This document shows positions 9,799 through 19,717 of a stretch of DNA of 64,000 bases, one piece after another. The stretch is from the NCBI GenBank assembly GCA_049324755.1, contig JBMOMZ010000067.1, forward strand, positions 1,280-65,279, written 5' to 3'. Position 1 is the first letter of the stretch. Each line of letters opens with the position of its first letter. A program made the position numbers and the translations under genes. The notes under the pieces were generated by a model. The model had not been told where the DNA came from and searched no databases. It was given only the letters and a program-made list of their open reading frames with translations. This stretch comes from Pseudomonadota bacterium (lineage in GTDB: Bacteria > Pseudomonadota > Gammaproteobacteria > Enterobacterales > Permianibacteraceae).

Positions 9799-10820
9799 TG
9801 CAGGTATTCAGCATGCGAGCGTGGAGTCGGTCGCTGTCGGTGCTGCTGCTGTCGCTGTCACCGCTGCTGGCAGCGGCTGTCGAGCCGGACCCGAAAGCCT
9901 TGCTTGACGGCATGGTGCGGGCGTTTCGTGAACGCAATTACGACATGTCGTTCGTCTACATTCGTGATGGCAAGATCGAACCGATGCGCCTGATCCACGC
10001 GCTCGATGACGGCCGCGAACGCGAGCGCTTGGTGCACCTCAACGGTCAACCGCGGGAAGTCATCCGGGAAGACGACACCATCACCGCCTATCTGGCCGGC
10101 GCCCAGCCGGTCATGCTCGACAAAGCCGATGGCAATGTGGTGTGGACCCGGGCGCTGCTCGGCAATCTGCAGCAGATGGGCCAGCACTATCAGCTCAGTG
10201 ATGGCGGGCCGGCCCGCATTGCCGGGCGCGATGCCCGCGAGATTGTGATCCGTTCGCTCGATGGCGAGCGTTACGGCTACCGGCTCTGGGTCGACAATGT
10301 CAGTGGTTTGCTGCTGCGGTCGGATCTGCTCAGTCGCAGCGGTCACATTCTCGAACAGTGGCAAGTGGTATCACTGCAACTGAAAGAGGCCATTCCCGAA
10401 GCCGATCTGCGGGTTGGCTTCGAGGTCAGCGCGCCGGATGGTGTCCGGGTCTTGTCGGCCAAAGCCACGAGCGAACCTTTGCAGGCGGTGGCCTGGCAGG
10501 TCGGTTGGTTGCCGGACGGTTTCACCTTGCGCAGTCAGCAGTTGCAGCAGCGCAAGGACAGCGTGACCCCAGTGCAGCACTTGCTGTTTTCCGATGGGGT
10601 CGCGTCGATCTCGGTTTATGTCTCGACGCCGCCGCAAGGCATTTCCAGCATGGAACGCACCTGGCGCAAAGGTGCGATGACGATCGTCGAGACCGCCAAT
10701 CGCGAGCGTCGCGTTACCGTGGTGGGGGACATTCCGAGCCAGACGGCGCGACGCATTGCCGGCTCGGTGACCGCGGCGAAAACCGGTTCGGCTGAGGTCG
10801 CCGCGGACAAGTCCTTATAG
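9798..10820 (+). CDS. rseB: sigma-E regulatory protein RseB/MucB
   Basis: Signal peptide (MRAWSRSLSVLLLSLSPLLAAA) and MucB/RseB layout. The start overlaps the rseA stop (TGATG). It is the third gene of the rpoE operon. Confidence 0.85.
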   Translation: MQVFSMRAWSRSLSVLLLSLSPLLAAAVEPDPKALLDGMVRAFRERNYDMSFVYIRDGKIEPMRLIHALDDGRERERLVHLNGQPREVIREDDTITAYLAGAQPVMLDKADGNVVWTRALLGNLQQMGQHYQLSDGGPARIAGRDAREIVIRSLDGERYGYRLWVDNVSGLLLRSDLLSRSGHILEQWQVVSLQLKEAIPEADLRVGFEVSAPDGVRVLSAKATSEPLQAVAWQVGWLPDGFTLRSQQLQQRKDSVTPVQHLLFSDGVASISVYVSTPPQGISSMERTWRKGAMTIVETANRERRVTVVGDIPSQTARRIAGSVTAAKTGSAEVAADKSL

Positions 10821-10852
10821 TTGCGGCGGCGACTGGCACGGTACGCATCAGC

Positions 10853-11365
10853 ATGTCGGAGACGACGATGGTCTCGCAACCCACGATCGAGCAACGGGCC
10901 CGGGTCGCCGCGATCCGCGACGGTCGACTGGGCTTGTCGCCGCTCCGTCGTGCGGATTGTGCCCGCTGTGCCAGCGGCCAAGGCTGTGGCGCCCAGCTGT
11001 TCGGGCCACGGCCGTCCGCTTCGGCATTGCTCTGGCTGCCATCGCCGTTGGCGTCAACGCTGCGTGTCGGTGATGAAGTCAGGCTGAGCGTTTCGGCGGC
11101 CTTGTTGCAGCGTTCGAGTCTGGTGCTGTATGCGTTGCCGCTGCTGTGCATGTTGCTGGTGGTGGCGATTGCCGCGGCACTGCAACTGGCGGAGCCGATG
11201 CAGGCGCTGGTCGCGCTGCTGAGTCTGGCGCTGTCGATGCTGCTGCGGCGGCGCTATCAGGCACGCCACCGTGCCTCTGATGCGGCGTTGATCGGGGTCG
11301 CCTCCGTGCCGTGTGCGTCGGTGGCGCGGCCCGAGCATGACGGCGATGGCAGTCCCCCTCCCTGA
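10853..11365 (+). CDS. rseC: RseC/MucC family (SoxR-reducing system) protein
   Basis: Cys cluster CARCASGQGCG followed by two TM helices (SLVLYALPLLCMLLVVAIAAAL, ALVALLSLALSMLL), as in E. coli RseC. Confidence 0.75.
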   Translation: MSETTMVSQPTIEQRARVAAIRDGRLGLSPLRRADCARCASGQGCGAQLFGPRPSASALLWLPSPLASTLRVGDEVRLSVSAALLQRSSLVLYALPLLCMLLVVAIAAALQLAEPMQALVALLSLALSMLLRRRYQARHRASDAALIGVASVPCASVARPEHDGDGSPPP

Positions 11366-11408
11366 CATACTTCTTTACCATGCACTGGCTGACAATTCGT
11401 ATCACAAC

Positions 11409-11436
11409 GGAACAGTCTTGCCAGTGTCCTATCCAA
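11409..11436 (+). promoter_or_regulatory. candidate sigma-E-type promoter upstream of degP/mucD
   Basis: GGAACAG, 16 nt, TCCAA, ~47 nt upstream of ATG 11483. This is a weaker match than the rpoE promoter. Confidence 0.35.
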
Positions 11437-11482
11437 GCGGTCGTTGGTTTTTTCTTTTCAAGTGAACAGGTGTAAACGGAAG

Positions 11483-12781
11483 ATGCGTTCATTGCTGAAA
11501 TCGATCGTTTTTGCGGCAGTTTGCCTGCTCGCCGTGCCGGCTCGTGCGGCCGTGAATCTGCCGGATTTCTCGTCCCTGGTGGAGGAGATCAATCCGATTG
11601 TCACGTCGATCAGTACCGAGGTGAAAGTGTCGGGGCGACTGCGTGACGGGCCGAGTGGATCCGGCTTCATCATCTCGGCGGACGGCTTCGTGCTGACCAA
11701 CCAGCATGTGGTCGCTGAAGCCGATACCATCAAGGTGCACCTGAAAGATGGTCGGGTATTTCCGGCCAAGAAAATCGGTCAGGACGAAGACACGGACGTG
11801 GCGCTGCTGAAGATCGAGGCCAAGAATCTGAAGGCGGCCAAGATTGGCAAGCTGGATGCGCTGAAGCCGGGGGCGTGGGTGCTGGCATTCGGTGCGCCGT
11901 TCGGGTTTGAGCATTCGGTGTCGGCCGGTATTGTCAGTGCCAAGGGCCGCAGCCTGCCGTTGAATCGCTACGTGCCGTTCATCCAGTCTGACGCGGCCAT
12001 CAACCGGGGCAATTCCGGTGGTCCGCTGGTCAATGCCAATGGCGAAGTGGTTGGCATCAACTCGCAGATACTCTCGTCCAACGGCGGCTCGATCGGCCTG
12101 TCGTTCTCGATTCCGATCGATTTGGCCATGGATGTTGCCCAGCAATTGAAGACCACCGGCAAAGTCGCCCGTGGTTTTATCGGCATCGGTTATCAGGATG
12201 TGTCGGATGAGCTGGCCAGCAGTTTCGGCATGGACCGGCCGCGTGGTGCGGTGGTGACCCAGACCGAGAAGGGCGGCCCGGCCGACAAGGCCGGGATCAA
12301 GGCCGGTGATGTGATTGTGTCGATCGATGGTCAGCCCATCGAGAAGTCTGGCGAGCTGCCGTTCCTGGTTGGCAGCCTGCGTCCGGGCAAGGCGGTCAAG
12401 GTCGAGTATTTGCGTGATGGCAAGGTTCGTACTGCCAACCTGACCATTGGCGAACAAAAGGCGGACGACACCGTCGCGGCCAACGAGCAGAGCGGCAGTG
12501 GCCAGATCCGGCTGGGTGTCGTGGTGTCCGAGTTGCCGGACGAGATGCGCCAGGAGCAGGACATTGAAAACGGGGTCCTGGTTCGTCAGGTCGAGGACGG
12601 CCCGGCGGCCGATGCCGGCATTCGCCCCGGCGATGTCATCCTGTCGCTGAACCGGCGTGAGGTCGAGTCGGTCGCCCAGTTCCGGGAGCTGGTCAGCAAG
12701 CTGCCGCGTGGCAAGCCGGTTGCGGTGCATGTGTTGAGCCGCGGTGGTGCCCGGTTCCTCACCCTGCGGGTACCAGAATGA
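11483..12781 (+). CDS. degP: periplasmic serine endoprotease DegP/MucD (HtrA family, two PDZ domains)
   Basis: Signal peptide MRSLLKSIVFAAVCLLAVPARA. Catalytic motifs TNQHVV, DVALLKI and GNSGGPLVN. Two PDZ-like regions (GFIGIGYQDV..., RLGVVVSELP...). Confidence 0.9.
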   Translation: MRSLLKSIVFAAVCLLAVPARAAVNLPDFSSLVEEINPIVTSISTEVKVSGRLRDGPSGSGFIISADGFVLTNQHVVAEADTIKVHLKDGRVFPAKKIGQDEDTDVALLKIEAKNLKAAKIGKLDALKPGAWVLAFGAPFGFEHSVSAGIVSAKGRSLPLNRYVPFIQSDAAINRGNSGGPLVNANGEVVGINSQILSSNGGSIGLSFSIPIDLAMDVAQQLKTTGKVARGFIGIGYQDVSDELASSFGMDRPRGAVVTQTEKGGPADKAGIKAGDVIVSIDGQPIEKSGELPFLVGSLRPGKAVKVEYLRDGKVRTANLTIGEQKADDTVAANEQSGSGQIRLGVVVSELPDEMRQEQDIENGVLVRQVEDGPAADAGIRPGDVILSLNRREVESVAQFRELVSKLPRGKPVAVHVLSRGGARFLTLRVPE

Positions 12782-12838
12782 GCCACGGCTTGGCTATCAA
12801 GTCGGTAATGGCTCGGGTTTTAGGGTAAAATCAGCGAC

Positions 12839-12877
12839 TTGCGGCGGGCCGAGGTGGTCCGCCGCAATGGTTTTTTT
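12839..12877 (+). terminator. rho-independent terminator after degP
   Basis: ttgcggcgggcc-gaggt-ggtccgccgcaa stem (one mismatch), then aatgg and a T7 run. Confidence 0.6.
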
Positions 12878-12937
12878 GCCCTGAACCTGATTTTGGCGAC
12901 GCCGGCCGGTAGCCGGTGGCCTGGTACCCGGACTTCC

Positions 12938-14743
12938 ATGTCGTACATTCAACAGATTCGCAATTTCTCGGTTATTGCCCACATCGACCACGGCAAGTCG
13001 ACCCTGTCCGATCGGCTCATCCAGCGCTGCGGCGGTTTGGAAGACCGCGAAATGCAGGACCAAGTGCTCGACAATAACCCGATCGAGCGCGAGCGCGGCA
13101 TCACCATCAAGGCGCAGAGCGTCACGCTGAATTACAAAGCCAAAGACGGCCAGATCTACCAGCTCAACTTCATTGATACCCCGGGCCACGTCGATTTCTC
13201 GTATGAAGTCAGCCGTTCGCTGGCAGCCTGCGAAGGCGCGCTGCTGGTGGTCGATGCCGCCCAGGGGGTCGAAGCGCAAACGCTGGCCAACTGCTACACC
13301 GCGCTGGAGCAGAATCTGGAAGTGCTGCCGGTACTGAACAAGATCGATTTGCCAACGGCCGATCCGGAACGGGCGGCGAAGGAAATCGAGGAAGTGATCG
13401 GTCTGGAAGCGCAGGACGCCGTGCGCTGCTCGGCCAAAGAAGGCATAGGCATCGACGATTTGCTGGAGCGGATTGTCACCGGCATCCCGTCGCCGAAAGG
13501 CGATGAGAACGCGCCGCTGCAGGCGCTCATCATCGATTCCTGGTTCGACAATTACTGCGGCGTGGTCTCGCTGGTGCGGGTGGTCAACGGCACGGTGCGC
13601 AAGGGTGAGAAGCTGCAGGTGATGTCGACCGGCCGCGCTTACGAAGTGACCGAGCTCGGCATTTTCACGCCGAAGAAAAAACCGCTCGATCACCTGAAGG
13701 CCGGTGAAGTTGGTTACATCATTGCCGGCATCAAGGAGATCAAGGGCGCGCCGGTGGGCGACACCCTGACCACCGCCAAGAATCCGTCCACGGAAGCCTT
13801 GCCGGGGTTCAAAAAAATCAAGCCGCAGGTCTACGCCGGTTTGTTCCCGGTATCGTCTGACGATTACGAGGCGTTTCGCGATGCGCTCGACAAGCTGAGC
13901 CTGAACGACGCGTCGTTGTTCTACGAGCCGGAAAACTCGACCGCGCTCGGCTTTGGTTTCCGCTGCGGCTTCCTTGGCATGCTGCACATGGAAATCATTC
14001 AGGAGCGATTGGAGCGGGAATACAATCTCGACCTGATCACTACGGCACCAACGGTTGTGTACGAAGTGCTGAAAACCAACGGTGATGTGGTCTATTGCGA
14101 AAATCCGTCACGCCTGCCCGAGCTTGGGGTCATCGACGAGATGCGCGAGCCGATTTGTGAGGCGCATATTCTGGTGCCGCCGGAGCACCTGGGCAGCGTC
14201 ATTACGCTGTGTCAGGAAAAGCGCGGCGTGCAGACCAAACTGCTCTATGTCGGCCGTCAGGTTTCCTTGACCTACGAACTGCCGATGGCGGAGGTTGTGC
14301 TCGACTTCTTTGATCGGCTGAAATCCTGCTCGCGCGGTTATGCCTCGCTGGATTACAACTTCATCCGGTTCCAGGCGGCCAATCTGTGCCGGCTCGACAT
14401 CATGATCAACGGCGACAAGGTCGATGCGCTGGCCATCATCACGCACCGCGACAATGCGTTCTATCGCGGTCGGGAACTGGTCGAAAAGATGAAGGAGCTG
14501 ATCCCGCGCCAGATGTTCGAGGTCGCCATTCAGGCCTCGATTGGCAACCAGATCATTGCCCGTTCGACCGTCAAGGCAATGCGCAAGGACGTGTTGGCGA
14601 AGTGCTACGGCGGCGATATTTCACGCAAGAAGAAGCTGCTGGAAAAGCAGAAAGAAGGCAAGAAGCGCATGAAACAGGTCGGCCGGGTGGAGATCCCGCA
14701 GGAAGCTTTCCTTGCCGTGCTGCAAGTGGGCAAAGACAAGTAA
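12938..14743 (+). CDS. lepA: elongation factor 4 (LepA)
   Basis: Trimmed to ATG 12938 ([27 protein letters not shown]). GTPase G1-G4 motifs ([12 protein letters not shown]) and the LepA C-terminal domain are present. Confidence 0.95.
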   Translation: MSYIQQIRNFSVIAHIDHGKSTLSDRLIQRCGGLEDREMQDQVLDNNPIERERGITIKAQSVTLNYKAKDGQIYQLNFIDTPGHVDFSYEVSRSLAACEGALLVVDAAQGVEAQTLANCYTALEQNLEVLPVLNKIDLPTADPERAAKEIEEVIGLEAQDAVRCSAKEGIGIDDLLERIVTGIPSPKGDENAPLQALIIDSWFDNYCGVVSLVRVVNGTVRKGEKLQVMSTGRAYEVTELGIFTPKKKPLDHLKAGEVGYIIAGIKEIKGAPVGDTLTTAKNPSTEALPGFKKIKPQVYAGLFPVSSDDYEAFRDALDKLSLNDASLFYEPENSTALGFGFRCGFLGMLHMEIIQERLEREYNLDLITTAPTVVYEVLKTNGDVVYCENPSRLPELGVIDEMREPICEAHILVPPEHLGSVITLCQEKRGVQTKLLYVGRQVSLTYELPMAEVVLDFFDRLKSCSRGYASLDYNFIRFQAANLCRLDIMINGDKVDALAIITHRDNAFYRGRELVEKMKELIPRQMFEVAIQASIGNQIIARSTVKAMRKDVLAKCYGGDISRKKKLLEKQKEGKKRMKQVGRVEIPQEAFLAVLQVGKDK

Positions 14744-14821
14744 AGCGATTACGGTTGTGCTGTTCAACATGGCTGTACCGCCGGCTGTCATGGCAACAGA
14801 CTCCAATAACAGGTGCTAGGC

Positions 14822-15709
14822 ATGGATTTTTCACTGATTCTTTTTGTGGCAACCGCAATCAGTGGTGTCATTTGGCTGTTTGATGCCTGGCTGCTGGCGC
14901 CGCGCCGGCGTCTGGCGGCAACCGCTGGTCAGGTGGCCAGCGAGGCCGGCACCAGTGTGACTGCTCCGGCGTTGAAAGAGCCGGCCCTGGTTGAGCAGGC
15001 GAAAGCCTTTTTCCCCATTCTGCTGGCGATCTTCCTGCTGCGCTCGTTTCTGTTCGAGCCATTCCGGATCCCGTCCGGCTCGATGAAGCCGACGCTGGTG
15101 GAAGGCGACTTTATTCTGGTCAACAAATTCAGCTACGGCATCCGCTTGCCGGTACTGAACCAAAAGGTCGTCGAGCTCGGCAGTCCGGAGCGTGGCGACG
15201 TTGCCGTTTTCCGGTTTCCGCAGAACCCGAGCCAAGACTTCATCAAACGGGTCGTCGGATTGCCCGGCGATCGCATCCGGTATGCTGACAAGAGGCTGTT
15301 TGTCGAGCCTGCCTGTCTGGCACAGCGTGACTGTCAGCCGGCCTTTCAGGTCAACCGGGAGCTCGTTGCAGCCAGCGGCTTTGACGACAACGGCGTTCCG
15401 GCTGATATTTGGCAGGAGACGCTCGGTAGCCATAGCCACCAGATCCTGATTCACCCGGACCGCGCCGATCCTGAGCCATACTTCTATCAGCGTCGCAACG
15501 AATGGGTGGTACCGGAAGGGCATTACTTTGTCCTCGGTGACAACCGCGATCGCAGCCACGATGGTCGGTTTTGGGGTTTCGTCCCCGATGAGAACCTGAA
15601 AGGGCGTGCAGTTGCGGTGTGGCTGCATCTCGATTTCGGTTTGGATATCCCCTTCCTGGGCTGGGTGCCAACCGGGGTCAGCTTCAGCCGGATCGGCGGT
15701 ATTCAATAG
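14822..15709 (+). CDS. lepB: signal peptidase I
   Basis: Motifs IPSGSMKPTL (catalytic Ser), KRVVGLPGD and GDNRDRSHDGRFWGFV. GTG 14813 is an alternative start. Confidence 0.9.
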   Translation: MDFSLILFVATAISGVIWLFDAWLLAPRRRLAATAGQVASEAGTSVTAPALKEPALVEQAKAFFPILLAIFLLRSFLFEPFRIPSGSMKPTLVEGDFILVNKFSYGIRLPVLNQKVVELGSPERGDVAVFRFPQNPSQDFIKRVVGLPGDRIRYADKRLFVEPACLAQRDCQPAFQVNRELVAASGFDDNGVPADIWQETLGSHSHQILIHPDRADPEPYFYQRRNEWVVPEGHYFVLGDNRDRSHDGRFWGFVPDENLKGRAVAVWLHLDFGLDIPFLGWVPTGVSFSRIGGIQ

Positions 15710-15756
15710 CCGTCTGCTTGCAAAGGTCATACAACAGATTGACGGGAGCCAGAAAA

Positions 15757-16125
15757 ATGAAGCAACAACAACGTGGCATGACAATTTGGAGCTGGCTGTT
15801 TGTGCTTGGCACGATTGGTGTCATTGCCTTGGTGACGATGAAACTGTTTCCGATCTACATGGAAAACATGTCGGTTAAAAAGGCCGTGAATCAGGTTGCG
15901 CAAGGCGAGGGGGCCGCCAGTTTTAATAAACGTACCGCTTGGGCGGCGTTGACCAAGCAGTTCTATGTTGATGAAGTCAAAAGTGTCGAGGAAGACGACG
16001 TTGCGGTGGAAACCAACGATGATGGCGTCCGGGAGCTGGTGGTTGCCTACGAAGTTCGCACCTCGCTGATGTACAACGTCGACATGGTGGTGTGGTTTGA
16101 AGAACGTGTTCCGTTGAAGGAATGA
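15757..16125 (+). CDS. DUF4845-like small membrane-anchored protein
   Basis: Trimmed to ATG 15757 (MKQQQRGMTIWSWLFVLGTIGVIALVTMKLFPIYMEN...). It holds the conserved slot between lepB and rnc in Pseudomonas-like genomes. Confidence 0.7.
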   Translation: MKQQQRGMTIWSWLFVLGTIGVIALVTMKLFPIYMENMSVKKAVNQVAQGEGAASFNKRTAWAALTKQFYVDEVKSVEEDDVAVETNDDGVRELVVAYEVRTSLMYNVDMVVWFEERVPLKE

Positions 16126-16808
16126 GCGACATTCTCCTTTCGGCGTTCCAGCGGCGGCTGGGCCATCAGTTTGCCAACGAGGCGCTGCGCGATCAGGCGC
16201 TGACCCATCGCAGCGCCTCATCGAAACACAATGAACGGCTGGAGTTTTTGGGCGACGCCCTGCTTGGTCAAATCATCTCTACCCAGCTTTATCAACGCTT
16301 TCCGGATGCCAGCGAAGGCGAAATGAGTCGGATGCGTTCCAGCCTCGTCAAGGAAAAAACCCTTGCCGAGCTGGCTTCGGCGCTGCAACTCGGTGATGTG
16401 CTGCATCTGGGCTCCGGTGAGCTCAAGAGCGGTGGCTTCCGCCGTGAGTCGATTCTTGCTGATGCCCTGGAGGCCATCATCGGTGCGGTGTATCTCGATG
16501 CCGGATTTCCTGTCTGTGAGCAGATGGTACTGAGGCTGTTTGCCGAGCGGCTGAACCAATTGCCCGATACCGGCACCGACAAAGATGCGAAAACCCGTTT
16601 GCAGGAGGCGCTGCAGGGAGCACGGCTGCCGCTGCCGCAGTACGAGTTGCTGGCGACTTACGGCGAAGCACATGCCCAGACCTTCCATGTTCGTTGCACG
16701 CTGCATGATGGCAACATGGCTGAAGGCCGCGGCAGCAGTCGTCGTCGGGCCGAACAGCAAGCAGCCGAAGTGCTGCTGCACCAGTTTTCCGAGCAGGTAA
16801 AGTCATGA
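16122..16808 (+). CDS. rnc: ribonuclease III
   Basis: [10 protein letters not shown] signature and a C-terminal dsRBD ([11 protein letters not shown]...[14 protein letters not shown]). ATGA overlap with the upstream gene. Confidence 0.95.
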   Translation: MSDILLSAFQRRLGHQFANEALRDQALTHRSASSKHNERLEFLGDALLGQIISTQLYQRFPDASEGEMSRMRSSLVKEKTLAELASALQLGDVLHLGSGELKSGGFRRESILADALEAIIGAVYLDAGFPVCEQMVLRLFAERLNQLPDTGTDKDAKTRLQEALQGARLPLPQYELLATYGEAHAQTFHVRCTLHDGNMAEGRGSSRRRAEQQAAEVLLHQFSEQVKS

Positions 16809-17698
16809 CCCAAAAATGCGGCTATGTCGCCATCGTTGGCCGGCCCAATGTCGGCAAGTCGACGCTGATGAACCGGCTGATCGGCCAGAAGATCAGCATC
16901 ACCTCGCGGCGTCCGCAAACCACCCGGCATCGCATTCTCGGCATTCATACCGAAGGCGATACCCAGATCCTGTTCGTTGACACGCCCGGTCTGCACAAGC
17001 AGGAAGCGCGTGCGATCAACCGGTACATGAACCGGGCGGCGGCGTCTTCGGTGGCCGATGTCGATGCCATCATCTGGGTGGTCGACGGGTTGACCTTCAA
17101 CGAAGACGACGAGTTGGTGCTGGAGCGTTTGCAGGACGCCGAAGCGCCTGTGCTGTTGTTCGTCAACAAGGTCGATACCATCCACCCGAAAGAGCAGTTG
17201 CTGCCGCATCTGGCCATACTCGGCAAGAAGCGCGATTTTGCTGAAATCGTGCCCGGCTCGGCCCAGTCCGATCGCAACGTCGACACCTTGCTGAAAGTGC
17301 TCGGCAAGTACATTCCGGAGAACGAGCACATCTTTGGTCCGGACGAGGTCACCGATCGCAGCCAGCGCTTTCTGGCGGCCGAATTCATCCGGGAAAAGCT
17401 GATGCGCAGCCTCGGTGCCGAGTTGCCGTATGCGACCACGGTCGAGATCGAACAGTTCAAGCATGATGAAACCGGCCGGGCGGAAATTCATGCCGTGATA
17501 TTCGTCGAGCGCCCCGGTCAGAAAGCAATTGTGATCGGTGAAAAGGGCGAACGCATCAAACAAATCGGTCAGGATGCCCGGCTCGACATGGAGAAACTGT
17601 TCGGTTGCAAGGTGTTTCTCGAATTGTGGGTCAAGGTCAAGGATGGCTGGGCCGATGACGAGCGCGCCTTGCGCAGTCTCGGCTATACCGAAGAATAA
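16805..17698 (+). CDS. era: GTPase Era
   Basis: [14 protein letters not shown] and NKVD motifs plus a KH domain C-terminus. ATGA overlap with rnc. Confidence 0.95.
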   Translation: MTQKCGYVAIVGRPNVGKSTLMNRLIGQKISITSRRPQTTRHRILGIHTEGDTQILFVDTPGLHKQEARAINRYMNRAAASSVADVDAIIWVVDGLTFNEDDELVLERLQDAEAPVLLFVNKVDTIHPKEQLLPHLAILGKKRDFAEIVPGSAQSDRNVDTLLKVLGKYIPENEHIFGPDEVTDRSQRFLAAEFIREKLMRSLGAELPYATTVEIEQFKHDETGRAEIHAVIFVERPGQKAIVIGEKGERIKQIGQDARLDMEKLFGCKVFLELWVKVKDGWADDERALRSLGYTEE

Positions 17699-17716
17699 GC
17701 ATCCGGCAGCAGGGCC

Positions 17717-18502
17717 ATGGATTCGCGCGCCTATATCCTGCACCTGACGCCGTGGCGCGATACCAGTGTGCTGATGGATGTGCTGTGCCGGGAACGCGGC
17801 CGCCTGCGGGTCGCCGCACGCGGCATCAAAGGCAGGAAGCGTTCGCCACTTGCCGGTCTGTTGCAACCGTTTGTGCCTTTGCATATCCAGCTCAACCGGC
17901 GACGCGATTACTACTATCTGACCGATGCCGATGCGCTGGCGCGCCCCTGGTCACTGGTGGCGGATGCCGGTCTGTGCGCGCTGTACTGCAACGAGCTGCT
18001 GCTGCGTTTGCTGCCGGAGCACGATGGTCACGACAGCCTGTTCGATGCCTACGAGCGCAGTTTGCAGGCACTCAGTGTCGCCGCGGATGAGCCGCAGAGC
18101 GCGCGCGTGCTGCGCACGTTCGAATGGACGTTGCTGAGTGAGCTCGGTTATGGCATTGCGCTCGACACCGACGAAAACGGCGTGACGCTGCAGCCCGAGC
18201 AGCGTTATCAGGTTCACCCGGAGCGAGGCATTCATCTCGCTGACGTGCAGATCGGCAGTTTCCTTGGCCGTGACTTGCTGGCCTTTGCCGATCATAATTG
18301 GGCACAGCAGCCGGCCGAAGCCAAGCGCTTGCTGCGTCAGCTGCTGGCGAGTCATCTCGGTTCCAAACCGCTGCAGACGCGCGAGCTCTGGCGGGCACGG
18401 CAGGTGTTGAAACAACTGGCGGACGAGGGCGTAGCCGCAGCCGCATCTGAACCGGGTGCAGCGGACGCCATGGCGCTTGGCCCGATGTCACCCATCAAAT
18501 GA
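17717..18502 (+). CDS. recO: DNA repair protein RecO
   Basis: 261 aa with an OB-fold N-terminus ([19 protein letters not shown]). Position era-recO-pdxJ. Confidence 0.85.
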   Translation: MDSRAYILHLTPWRDTSVLMDVLCRERGRLRVAARGIKGRKRSPLAGLLQPFVPLHIQLNRRRDYYYLTDADALARPWSLVADAGLCALYCNELLLRLLPEHDGHDSLFDAYERSLQALSVAADEPQSARVLRTFEWTLLSELGYGIALDTDENGVTLQPEQRYQVHPERGIHLADVQIGSFLGRDLLAFADHNWAQQPAEAKRLLRQLLASHLGSKPLQTRELWRARQVLKQLADEGVAAAASEPGAADAMALGPMSPIK

Positions 18503-18512
18503 AGCGAGTCAC

Positions 18513-19295
18513 ATGAACGTCAATCAGCTCCATCGCGGCCCCTGCCTGCTCGGGGTCAACATCGATCACATCGCGACGGTGCGCAACGCCCGCGGCGGAC
18601 GTTATCCGGAACCGGTACAAGCCGCGTTGCTGGCCGAGCAGGCTGGCGCTGACGGCATTACCGTGCACTTGCGCGAGGATCGCCGGCATATCCGCGATCG
18701 CGACGTCCGCGTGTTGAAGGAAACGCTTGGCACCCGGATGAATCTGGAAATGGCGGTCACCGAGGAGATGCTGGCGATTGCCACTGAGATCAAACCGACC
18801 TATTGCTGTCTGGTGCCAGAAAAACGTGCCGAGCTGACCACTGAAGGCGGTCTTGATGTTGTCGGCCATGCAGCCCAGATCAAGGCGGCTTGTGAGCGCC
18901 TGGCGGCGCAAGGCATTCTGGTGTCGCTGTTCATCGATGCAGACGAAGCGCAGATCGAAGCAGCGGTGCGCTGTGGCGCGCCGTACATTGAATTGCATAC
19001 CGGCGCCTATGCCGAAAGCGAAGGCGAGGCGCAGAAGCGGGAACTGCAGCGGATCGCCCATGCGGCAAAGTTCGCTGCCCGGCGCGGCTTGATCGTCAAT
19101 GCCGGTCATGGCCTGAACTATCACAATGTCCAGGCCATTGCGCGGTTGCCGGAACTGTACGAACTCAACATTGGTCACGCCATTGTCGCGCGCGCGCTGT
19201 TCGTTGGCTTGGAACAGGCGGTGCGCGAAATCAAGCGTTTGATGGAGGAGGCGCGGCCATGGCCGTCGTCGGCATCGGCACCGATCTCGTTGTAA
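18513..19295 (+). CDS. pdxJ: pyridoxine 5'-phosphate synthase
   Basis: Trimmed to ATG 18513. Motifs [28 protein letters not shown] and HTGAYA. Confidence 0.9.
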   Translation: MNVNQLHRGPCLLGVNIDHIATVRNARGGRYPEPVQAALLAEQAGADGITVHLREDRRHIRDRDVRVLKETLGTRMNLEMAVTEEMLAIATEIKPTYCCLVPEKRAELTTEGGLDVVGHAAQIKAACERLAAQGILVSLFIDADEAQIEAAVRCGAPYIELHTGAYAESEGEAQKRELQRIAHAAKFAARRGLIVNAGHGLNYHNVQAIARLPELYELNIGHAIVARALFVGLEQAVREIKRLMEEARPWPSSASAPISL

Positions 19296-19642
19296 TCAAG
19301 CGCATCGAAGAGGTGCTCGGCCGACACGGCGATCGCTTTGTCGAGCGGGTCTTGCACGCCAACGAGTTGCTGCGTTTTCAGGAAACCCAGCATCAGGCCC
19401 GTTATCTGGCCAAGCGGTTCGCGGCCAAGGAGGCGGTGTCCAAGGCGCTCGGTACCGGCATCGCCGAAGGCGTCAATCTCAATGACATCGAGATCGCCAA
19501 TGACGAGCGCGGCAAGCCGCATGTGCGCCTGCATGGCGGCGCGCAGGAGCGTCTGCAGGCAATGGGCGCCCGCCATTGCCATCTCAGCATCAGCGATGAG
19601 CGCGATCACGCGCTGGCGTTTGCAGTGCTGGAAACCGAGTGA
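19259..19642 (+). CDS. acpS: holo-[acyl-carrier-protein] synthase
   Basis: 127 aa with [13 protein letters not shown] and [14 protein letters not shown] motifs. It overlaps the pdxJ 3' end by 37 nt. Confidence 0.9.
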   Translation: MAVVGIGTDLVVIKRIEEVLGRHGDRFVERVLHANELLRFQETQHQARYLAKRFAAKEAVSKALGTGIAEGVNLNDIEIANDERGKPHVRLHGGAQERLQAMGARHCHLSISDERDHALAFAVLETE

Positions 19643-19686
19643 GCGAGAACAGTAACCGCGCTTGCTGCGCGGCAGAACCCGTAACG

Positions 19687-19717
19687 AAAAGCCCGGCAAT
19701 GCCGGGCTTTTCGTTTT
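19687..19717. terminator. bidirectional terminator (acpS / metalloprotease)
   Basis: aaaagcccggc-aat-gccgggctttt followed by cgttttt. It abuts the protease stop codon on the other strand. Confidence 0.8.

Noticed and set aside
11489-13987. Antisense ORFs 11489-12730 (opposite degP) and 12797-13987 (opposite lepA)
   Set aside because: The opposite-strand genes carry unambiguous catalytic and GTPase motifs. These frames are Arg/Gly/Asp-rich shadows.
16658-17884. 408-aa ORF antisense to era
   Set aside because: Shadow ORF. era is clear on the + strand.
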